From Candidatus Altiarchaeota archaeon (GTDB lineage Archaea > Altiarchaeota > Altiarchaeia > IMC4 > JBDREA01), in the NCBI GenBank assembly GCA_043820265.1, contig JBDREA010000097.1:1-61524 (forward strand): DNA of 61,524 bases, given 5' to 3'. The position numbers and the translations under genes were made by a program. Below the pieces are notes generated by a model. It did no database searches. It was given only the letters and a program-made list of their open reading frames with translations, and was not told where the DNA came from. Position 1 is the stretch's first letter. Each line of letters opens with the position of its first letter. Of this stretch, positions 15,356 through 23,900 are shown piece after piece.

Positions 15356-17186
15356 CTTCTATTAGCTCTAACATATATTTTGGGTCTTTGTTTTCGTTTA
15401 CTGTGTCAAGGACGGTTTGTCGGTCGAGGTAGTATCTGCTGAGTATTTTTCCGACTTCGTCTATGCACCTGATGTTTCTGTCGACCATGTAGTTTAGGAT
15501 TTTTTTCTTCATCTCTATCTCTTCTCTGATTTCCTGCTGGTTGAGGCCGGTATGTCTTTCGAGTTCCGCAAATAGGTGTGTTGGTTCGTTCACCTTATCT
15601 ATGGTGTCGGTTCTGGCATTCCATGCGTACATCACGTTGGCCTTATATTTTATCCTGCCTTCTTTTTCCATATGTTCCTCATCCATTATAAATTCGCCGA
15701 CTTCGTAGGTCCTCCTTATCCCCCGTCTTCGGTCTCGGAACATTACCACGTTTAAGTGGACGGAGTCGAGCATGCTGTGCGGTATCTCGATTGGCGGATT
15801 GGTGAATCTTGTAATGGTCTGTGCGCATGTGTCTGCGTGAAGGGTTCCATATACACTGTGTCCTGTATGCATGGCTTCGAACAATACTTCGGCTTCTCTT
15901 TTTTTTCGGATCTCTCCCATAATGATCCTGTCGGGACGCATTCTTAGGCAGTTTATGAGGAGGTCGAGCATGGAGACCTCTCCTTTTCCTTCAGGATTTG
16001 GTTCTCTTGTGGTAAGCGGGCACCAGTATAGGAAGTCTGGAAGCTGCAGCTCTCGGGTGTCCTCAATTGATATGATTCTGTTGTTGGGGGGCATGAAGGG
16101 CATGCAGATATTTAGGAAACTTGTTTTTCCACTTCCTGTGCCTCCCGATAAGATCATGTTCATCTCGTATTGGATAACCAACCAGATCAAAGCGAGGGTC
16201 TCATCTGATGCTGTGTGGTTCTTGATGAAGTCTGTGCATGTCCATGGATCGCGCGCGAATTTCCTTATCGTCACAGTGTTGCCTTTGCTGGAGATGGGTG
16301 ATAGGATTGCATTGGCCCGGTCCTTGCTCATCAAATGGGCGTCAAGTAGCGGATTTAATGTTGAGATTTCTCGCCCGATCCTTCTAGCAATTGTTGATGC
16401 ATAATTGGCTATCTGGCTTTCGCTTACGAGATTCACGTTTGTTAAAAGCCAGCCGAATTTTTTTTGGTACACTCTCACCGGTTCCTTTGCCGAGTTTATG
16501 ACTATCTCTTCGAGGTTTGGGTCGTCTAAGAAGAACTCTATCTCTCCAAGGCCCAGTAGTTCGTGCACGAGGTTTAAGATGAAGTGGTCTTTTACATCGT
16601 CTTTGAGGTGAGGCAGTTCGCTTTTTATCAGTTCTTCAGCGCTTTTTTTGAATTCGTCCTTTAAAGCTAGTAGAAGTTTTGGATCGAGTATGTCACTTGT
16701 AGTCATCTCTACCGACGTGATCAGTCTTTCCTTGATGTCGTCTAGGAGGCCTGCGGTTGCGATGCCGACTTCCGGCAATACCAGCTTATATTTTGGGGTG
16801 TATCCTTCCTGCACTATTCTTACTCCAGTAGTTACTCCTTCGCATTGGATGTCGTATTCGTCGAGTATCTTCTCTTTTTTCTTCTTTGGTTTGTCAAAGG
16901 TGAGTTCCTCTTCTATTTTAACCTTCACTCCACCAGGACTTGGTATGCTTTCCTTTTTTTCTGATTCGGTTTTCTCTTTCTCCTCAGTGGATTTGGGCTG
17001 CTCTGATTCTTCTTTTTTGTCTTTTTGCTTTTGATCTTGTTGCTCAGGGGATCTTTCTTGTTGCTGTCCTTTATCTGATCGTTTCTCATCTGGTTTTTGT
17101 TCTCCCTGGTTTAAGCCTTCCTGGTTTTGGGTCTGCCCACCTTCGCCTTCATTGGGATTATTATCTGTTTTCTGGTCTCCTTCCAT
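15330..17186 (-). CDS. type II/IV secretion ATPase (GspE/VirB11/FlaI-PilB family) with low-complexity N-terminal extension
   Basis: Walker A LSGGTGSGKTSFLN, Asp box IISIEDTRELQL, Walker B/His box RPDRIIMGEIR...GHSVYGTLHA. The first 110 aa or so are K/E/Q-rich low complexity. Confidence 0.9.
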   Translation of the reverse strand: MEGDQKTDNNPNEGEGGQTQNQEGLNQGEQKPDEKRSDKGQQQERSPEQQDQKQKDKKEESEQPKSTEEKEKTESEKKESIPSPGGVKVKIEEELTFDKPKKKKEKILDEYDIQCEGVTTGVRIVQEGYTPKYKLVLPEVGIATAGLLDDIKERLITSVEMTTSDILDPKLLLALKDEFKKSAEELIKSELPHLKDDVKDHFILNLVHELLGLGEIEFFLDDPNLEEIVINSAKEPVRVYQKKFGWLLTNVNLVSESQIANYASTIARRIGREISTLNPLLDAHLMSKDRANAILSPISSKGNTVTIRKFARDPWTCTDFIKNHTASDETLALIWLVIQYEMNMILSGGTGSGKTSFLNICMPFMPPNNRIISIEDTRELQLPDFLYWCPLTTREPNPEGKGEVSMLDLLINCLRMRPDRIIMGEIRKKREAEVLFEAMHTGHSVYGTLHADTCAQTITRFTNPPIEIPHSMLDSVHLNVVMFRDRRRGIRRTYEVGEFIMDEEHMEKEGRIKYKANVMYAWNARTDTIDKVNEPTHLFAELERHTGLNQQEIREEIEMKKKILNYMVDRNIRCIDEVGKILSRYYLDRQTVLDTVNENKDPKYMLELIEDDRKKTEA

Positions 17187-17222
17187 ATTGTCTACCTATT
17201 TGCCTAATAGCACATATAATAG

Positions 17223-18359
17223 CTATTCTTTTCCTTCCTTGGAGATAATCTTAATAACTGGCTCCCCGATCGTTGGGTAGTGTAGCTCTAAGAGGTTGTG
17301 TTCTTCGAGGATCATGGCCCATTCCTCGATTTGGGTTTTGCTGACCCTCAACGCCCTCGCCAGCCTGTCATCTACCTTCAAGGTCTTGTATTTTTGGACG
17401 AGCTCATAAAGCCTGTCTATGCTTGTTTCGACCTTTTCTCCCGCCTCAAAGGATTTGACCTTGATTTTGGGTTCTTCTTCGGGTTTTTTTATCACGGTAA
17501 CGATCCTTTTTCTTTGGATCTCTTCCATGCGCTCCCGTTTTCGGCTGCTCATACCCTTGACTGTGCCGGTTACTGCGGCCATCATCCCCTGCTGTGGCTG
17601 ATTTAGTCTGTGCTGCTGGGCTGCAAGAGCGTTTGCAGCCATATCTGGGGCTGGGTTGCTGATTACAGCGTCAAGGCGGCCTTTCTGGATTTCTTTTGCT
17701 CGCTCGGCTTTTTTCATCTCTTCTTGGCTTGGCATGTTTCCCCCAAAACCTGCTACGTGGGGCATCTTGTCACTTATCCCTGCACCGTCTGGGTGGGGTG
17801 AGGGTCCTTTTCTGATTTCACTTAGCCTATCCCCTCTTAAAGGTTTTGGACTTGTGTGACTTGATCCAAATATGCTGGTTATTCTTCCCAGGCCGAACAT
17901 CCTGGAGTGTCGTACGTTCTTTTCCTGGCTTGCGGCTCCTAGCGGCTGGGGTTGGATTTTTGATATTGTTTCTTTTGGTTTAATGGATTTTATCTTTACT
18001 CCGATTTCGCTGAGCTTTAGGATTGAAGATGCCAGGGCTTCTTGATTATCATCTAAGGAGGTCTTCATATCCTGTTCGTCGAATCGATAGATGTCCAGTC
18101 TTCCTGCCGACCCGGCCATGTGTTCTCTGATACTTGCGAGCGCGTCGTCTCCGAGCAGGACTTTTTTGCCCCCCAACGCCTCAAAGGATGCTCCTCTTAT
18201 GTCTCCGTTTTCGATTAGGATGTCTGCTTGATAGAGGACTTTTTCTACTATCCCCATCAGCCTCATGCATCCTGTGAAGTTAACATCGAGTTCCTTACAG
18301 ACCTGGTAGAAGTCTTTTGTGTTTCTGGGTGTTATGTGGTGGCCTTTGAGGAGATTCAT
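17223..18359 (-). CDS. pilus-locus accessory protein with C-terminal winged-helix-like domain
   Basis: Hypothetical. The C-terminus SIDRLYELVQKYKTLKVDDRLARALRVSKTQIEEWAMILEEHNLLELHYP looks like a wHTH. Directly upstream of the ATPase on the same strand. Start set at ATG 18359. Confidence 0.55.
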   Translation of the reverse strand: MNLLKGHHITPRNTKDFYQVCKELDVNFTGCMRLMGIVEKVLYQADILIENGDIRGASFEALGGKKVLLGDDALASIREHMAGSAGRLDIYRFDEQDMKTSLDDNQEALASSILKLSEIGVKIKSIKPKETISKIQPQPLGAASQEKNVRHSRMFGLGRITSIFGSSHTSPKPLRGDRLSEIRKGPSPHPDGAGISDKMPHVAGFGGNMPSQEEMKKAERAKEIQKGRLDAVISNPAPDMAANALAAQQHRLNQPQQGMMAAVTGTVKGMSSRKRERMEEIQRKRIVTVIKKPEEEPKIKVKSFEAGEKVETSIDRLYELVQKYKTLKVDDRLARALRVSKTQIEEWAMILEEHNLLELHYPTIGEPVIKIISKEGKE

Positions 18360-18527
18360 GGTCTTGGGGTTAGAATAAAAGATATTATAACGAATTGCAT
18401 AAATAAATGAACATTTGGAGTTATGCAATTCGATATATTCGATTGCATAAGTAATCCTTATAAAGTTCAAAAACTTATGTAATCGACTATACTTTCAGAC
18501 ATTAAAAAAAAAGATTTTTTTTTAGAT

Positions 18528-20933
18528 CTAGGCTTTGATTTCGATCGACTCAATGTATACGTAAGTGTCTGAGCTTCCTTTCGCACCTGAGGGATTTTGC
18601 GTTCGAATCCAGCTCCAGGCTTCAAATCTGATTTGTTGGATTGTGTCGTTATCTGGGACTGAACCAATCCAGAATCCTGAGTTACCTTCTTCTATTGGAT
18701 CAGGTTCGTTTGCGGGGCAAGTGCCTGATTCAAGGGGGCAGTTTGGGGTTCCGCTAGGATTACCTATGAATCTATTTGAGGTCTCTGTTCCGTTGTGTGT
18801 CAATTTGATATTTGCCTCCCAGTTTCCACAAATATTTTGTACTTCACATGTGATATTATTTTCGGCCTTCCAAGTAAAGTTTACTTCAGTGAAACAGTTG
18901 TTTGGGAAAAGATTTATCTCGATATATGTTGTTTGTTCTTCTGTTTCTTGGACTCCAATCCCACCTTGTTCCTCGTTGACTTTAGACCAAAGAGTAATAT
19001 TTCCTGCTTCGTCTACACTCCACTCGGTTTTTGCCCCGTTTTCGTCGTCAAATTCTCTTCCTTGGAGTTTAGATGGGCCATAATAATTATCCAAGCTGCC
19101 GTTGTATAGTGTAGTCCATCCCATCGGACAACCCCCACATCCATCCAAAGTTACAGAGGTTCCTGTAGCTGGAGTTTCTTCTGTTCCATTATTGTCTGTT
19201 GCGCGAGCCTGTATTATGTATGTTCCATCGACTCCCGGATCCCATGATATGTTCCATTCATCTGTCCCATTAGCAAGCTCCCAAGTATTGCCTCCATCCC
19301 ATGACACATCGACAATTGTGACGTTTCCGTCTGAATCTGATGAATTTCCTTTGATGAATAAATTACTGGGACAGGTGTCGTATAGGGCTCCGTCAGCGGG
19401 TTCATTGATCTGTGAGGCAGGAGGTTTATTGAACGTGGAAAAGCAGGCTGATGTGAGATTGTCGAGTTCGGCGTGCGGGCAGTCGTAGCGGAAGGAGTAT
19501 GTATAAACTCCCTGGCAGACTCCATATACTTCACAGGCGGAGGTGTTCTGCCAGTAAAGATAGTCCACCCACGTGTCCGAGGTTTTCACAGTTATTCCCC
19601 GCGCCAATAGGTCATATGGGTTAATCAATGATTCAAGCCCGATGTAGGGATTATTGAAATATCTGATGCTGAGATTAACGTATTTTTCGCTCAAATTTAG
19701 TTTTCCGTCCATCCGGTCAAAGAAGCTCGGGCCGTTTTCGTACCGGCTCGGACAGTATGTTCCGTACCCGCTCACATTGCTTACCCTGTAGCATGTGGTG
19801 TTTATCTGGCGGGGATTTATTCCAAGCAATACTTGGTGAGTGCTTCCGTCGTTAAAGAGGTAAATGCAACTGTCTTCTTCGACGGTCAGGGAGTTGTCCG
19901 CTCCGCAGGAGGGGTCGGCTCCCGTGGGGGTGGGGGGTGACAAATCACCTGTTCCGTTTATCCAGGGGATTGTTGCGTTGCATGTCCCCCTGATGGCGTC
20001 TGGATGGTCTTCGTAATCGATGAGGGCTGAAAAAGTCTTTGAGGAATTAGCTAGAAAGCAATCCTGAATGCTTTGGTTGCAGGAGCCGGCATACGCTTGA
20101 TCCATCACCAATACCTTGTCTTTCATTATCTCTCGGTCTGTGTTTTGGCAGTATGTTTCTAGTGCGGCTTGGCTTCCGATCTGCGTTGAGTAAAGAAGGG
20201 CTTCCCCCCCAGATACGCCTATCCCGTTTTGCTGAGCGCATCCTACGACCCCTGATAGTTCGACAAAGTCTGTGCAATTATTCAAGGCTTTGGTTAAAAG
20301 TCCGCCTGATTCCAATGGATAAAGGGGGTCTTCTAAACCGATGATTGACGTCAAAGAAGTGGTTTCGACACTGCTTCCCCGATAAAAGCAGAGCCCGCTC
20401 TCGTCTTCCACGTTCAGTGAATTGTTGATGATTATCGCAAAGGTGAACGCGTCATATGGGACAATCGTGATGTTGTTCAATGTGATGTTTATCTTGAAGT
20501 TCATGTCGCTTTCAAGAGCCATCATCTTATCTATCCAAACCGGAAGGGTATGGTTTTTCATGTCGCTTATGTTGTTTCCCCCTACTGTTGCGCACATCAT
20601 CAGCTCGGCTATGGCCGCTCTTGAACCGACTTCGCTATACTGGAATGAGGAGCAGTTATTATAGGTGTAGCTCTCAAGAGGTTGGTTGTTGGATACGATA
20701 TAGTCGATGGAGTAGATAGTGGCTCTTCGGCCGAACACCGACATGGCCCTGTCCAGGTCTCTTTTTATGTCTTCGACAAAATACTGGAGCTCGTCGCAGC
20801 GTATTTTTCCAGCCGCATCATCCACTGATTCCTGCTGCTGGGTTGAGGTGAAAGTGACTAAAAGGAGGAATGGTATGGCCAGAAGTAGGATGGCTATTGT
20901 GAAAAAGTATCCTTTGTTGTTTTTTACGGTCAT
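18528..20933 (-). CDS. giant prepilin-like surface protein (801 aa) with Ig-like C-terminal region
   Basis: Class III signal-peptide-like N-terminus MTVKNNKG/YFFTIAILLLAIPFLLLV. A large Cys/Asn-rich ectodomain includes an Ig-like stretch NVTIVDVSWDGGNTWELANGTDEWNISWDPGVDGTYIIQARATDNNG. Start set at ATG 20933, 6 nt from the upstream gene's stop. Confidence 0.75.
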   Translation of the reverse strand: MTVKNNKGYFFTIAILLLAIPFLLLVTFTSTQQQESVDDAAGKIRCDELQYFVEDIKRDLDRAMSVFGRRATIYSIDYIVSNNQPLESYTYNNCSSFQYSEVGSRAAIAELMMCATVGGNNISDMKNHTLPVWIDKMMALESDMNFKINITLNNITIVPYDAFTFAIIINNSLNVEDESGLCFYRGSSVETTSLTSIIGLEDPLYPLESGGLLTKALNNCTDFVELSGVVGCAQQNGIGVSGGEALLYSTQIGSQAALETYCQNTDREIMKDKVLVMDQAYAGSCNQSIQDCFLANSSKTFSALIDYEDHPDAIRGTCNATIPWINGTGDLSPPTPTGADPSCGADNSLTVEEDSCIYLFNDGSTHQVLLGINPRQINTTCYRVSNVSGYGTYCPSRYENGPSFFDRMDGKLNLSEKYVNLSIRYFNNPYIGLESLINPYDLLARGITVKTSDTWVDYLYWQNTSACEVYGVCQGVYTYSFRYDCPHAELDNLTSACFSTFNKPPASQINEPADGALYDTCPSNLFIKGNSSDSDGNVTIVDVSWDGGNTWELANGTDEWNISWDPGVDGTYIIQARATDNNGTEETPATGTSVTLDGCGGCPMGWTTLYNGSLDNYYGPSKLQGREFDDENGAKTEWSVDEAGNITLWSKVNEEQGGIGVQETEEQTTYIEINLFPNNCFTEVNFTWKAENNITCEVQNICGNWEANIKLTHNGTETSNRFIGNPSGTPNCPLESGTCPANEPDPIEEGNSGFWIGSVPDNDTIQQIRFEAWSWIRTQNPSGAKGSSDTYVYIESIEIKA

Positions 20934-20938
20934 TTTTT

Positions 20939-23900
20939 TTATCGCCAGATTGTCAGGTCCGCTTGTATCGGACCCCAAAGAGATCTGACCTCACCTGTCT
21001 TTGAGAAGTCGACTATCAATTGTCCTGCTGCGAACTCTAACCCGAGCATTCCGTCATCGTCTATGTCCAGTTGGCTTAGAAGCCTATATACTGCGTCATC
21101 GACGGCGTCGTTCGTATCATAGCACGCCGAAGTGGAACAGATAGAAGTGTAGTTGCATTCGTTTGTCCCGTTGTAGTTCGAGGGAAAGTCGATTCTTGTG
21201 TCGCTTCCGTCCTCGAATTCTATGTTCCATGTGCAGCCCTCCTTGTCCTGGAACACCCCGCCGTAGTCTACGCTGCCTCTTAGTCTCACAGTGTATATCG
21301 CCCTGCTGTATTCAGAACAGAACGTTGGCGTGCTTGGGTCGTTTCCTGTTCCGATTGTGAATGAATTGTTTTCTCCGTTTTTTATAAGGGAAGCTGGGAC
21401 CTGTATGAAGTATGGGTCGCCTAGAATCGTGTAGTCTCCCCCGAAGTGGCTGTCGCGTAAGGTGTAGATGTCATAGCTTCCTGCGCTGTTGTTTAGGCTT
21501 AGGTAGTCTGTCCAGTACTCTCCGGAATATGAAGTTATCTTTACGTCGACAACTGTCAAGTTATCCCTTACACTCAGCTTACCCTCGCATCCACCGAATG
21601 TCGGCGTATCGAGGTTTATCGAAATCTCTCCGTAGTCTGGGGGATTGATGCTTGGATCATAGGTGAACTCGATGTATGAGTCGTTGTAGAGGATTCCCCT
21701 GAAAATATCCCCTTCGGTCACATTAATAGCCTGCCCTCTGTAGCTGGCATTCACAAGGTCTTGGGCTATCTCTCTGTAGATAGTCGCAAGTTCTGATGCA
21801 TTGGTGCTCATGTAGAAGTGGCTGCAGTTGTCAATGCAGGCTGTGTCGTTCATGTTGTCTGCGCAGGTTGAAGCGTCTCCATAAAGAACAGTATACAACG
21901 CAATGCCATACGTGTCGTATGCTATTGTCGCTTCGTCTAAGACTTCCTGCTTTGCCGTAGCGTCACTGCAGCTGACGCCTGGAATACATCTGTTAGCGCA
22001 TCCGTCGCTCATAATAATTATGGCCTTCAATCGGTCGATAGTGTTTATTATTTCTAGATCAAATGCAGCACTTGAGGTGTCGTCATTGTGGACTATCACA
22101 CCTAAAACATTATCTCCATCGGCCACATCATTATTGTTAATAACTATTCCGTCTCTATCCCAGTATGATCCAGAATGCTCGGTAGAATCGTTATCTATGA
22201 GCACCCCGTTAAGATAAACTTCGGCTTTGTCGTCTGATAGCACAAACAATTTCGTGATGTTTAGGGTCGACTTGTTCACAGTAAACGTCTTCCTGAAGTG
22301 GTAGTCTCCGCTGGCGGCGATTGTGGGTATGAGCTCTAAACTCACGTTTGTAAAGTAGGCTATTATGCCCTCACTGTCAGATTGGGATCCTGTAGTAGCA
22401 TCAAACTTTACTCCGAAATCCAAGTAATACCACCCTGCACCTCCAGAAGATATGATGGTAGACACATTTTGCCTGAATCTTCCGCTGTTATTGATTCCAT
22501 TACCATCCATGTCGAAGTCCCCGTAGACTTCATCTTCATCCCATTCTATGTTGTCGGTAATGCTATGGTCATAGAGTACTTCAAGAGTTGTATCAGTCGG
22601 AGCATCACCGTTTCCATTGCCTGTATCAAGGTCGTATCCAAGGTAGTTGTTGCTTAGGTCCGGGTCTCCGAGCTGGAAGAATCTTGACTTAATCCATACC
22701 GACTCCTCCGTATCGTCACTCGATGATGTGTCAAATGCTTCATAGTCAAATGACACAAAGACTTCTGCTCCAGCAGCAATTGCATCCACAACTGCTTGTG
22801 TGATGTTTATCTGAACCCCCCAGGCACCGCTGTCGGCTACCTCATCTGTGCGGCCCTCTATTCTAACCTCGAGCCGGCTGCTTCCATCTTGAGTTGTGCC
22901 GCCAGAAAGACCTGATGGATCATAGTGGCTGGTCATATCAGAATTACCTGGTATTCCTCCAGGTCCTAATGTTCCGTATGCGTCATCTCCCCTAAACCAG
23001 TCCCATCCGTCATCGTAGTTTGCAAAGTCTATGCTCATGATTATCTCAGTGTTTGCTGTGCTGTTTAAGCCGCTTGTGAAATCCACAGGAGACGGTATAT
23101 CTTGGGCCATATCCCAGAGGTCGGCGTCAAGTGCACCAGCCCCCTCCCCGACCTTTAATTGTATGTTATCAAAATATGCCGCCAGACCTTCTCTATTACT
23201 TCTCCCATTGCTCCATGGCCCCCTGAAGTCGACCTTCGCCCCAAGAGCCAAGTAGTACGCACCCGGACCTGAGATATAAGGTGAAACATTCTGCCAGAAA
23301 TTCCCTGATACTAGGCTGTTCCACCCGTTACTGTCATCGTCGACTGATCCCCAGATCTCATTTGATGCGTCACTGTATCTGTGGCCTGAATCCAGGTCTG
23401 AACCCAGCCAGTACGTATCGGTTGTGTCACTGAAGCGTGCTTTTATCCAAGCACCTTCCTCAAGGTCATCGTCGGCATCGTCTGCCCCCCACCAAAAGGA
23501 GAGGTTTGTTGTGGCTCCTGCATTAATCTGGACCCACATAGCGTCTGTTATGTTGAACTCTATCCCCCAGGCACCACTGTCTGAGATGTCGTCTAGGTTG
23601 TTCCCGCTGGGTCCCACAACAACTGCAATGTACTTTCGACTTCCTGGTCCATCATATCGCTGAATTTGGGTTGAAGTGTCGGTGTCGTAGTCGCTTTTTC
23701 CGGACGGATCGCCGTGCTCGCAGTGGTCGCTTGTCGCATCTCCCACGAAGTCTCTCCACCAGTCCCATCCGTCATTGCTATCGCCACCGTTTGAAAAGGT
23801 GTTGTCTAGGCTGTTCACGCCGTCCGTGAAGTCCACGTTCTTCGAGCAACCACCCGCAGTGTTCCAGATGTCCAAATACGTTGTATGCACGTTCGTACTC

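Noticed and set aside
17223-18470. Track start at 18470 for the pilus accessory protein (MNFIRITYAIEYIELHNSKCSFIYAIRYNIFYSNPKT...).
   Set aside because: The first 37 codons are AT-rich, promoter-like sequence that translates to Ile/Tyr/Asn-rich peptide. The ATG at 18359 (MNLLKGHH...) is more plausible. The gene is kept with the shorter coordinates.
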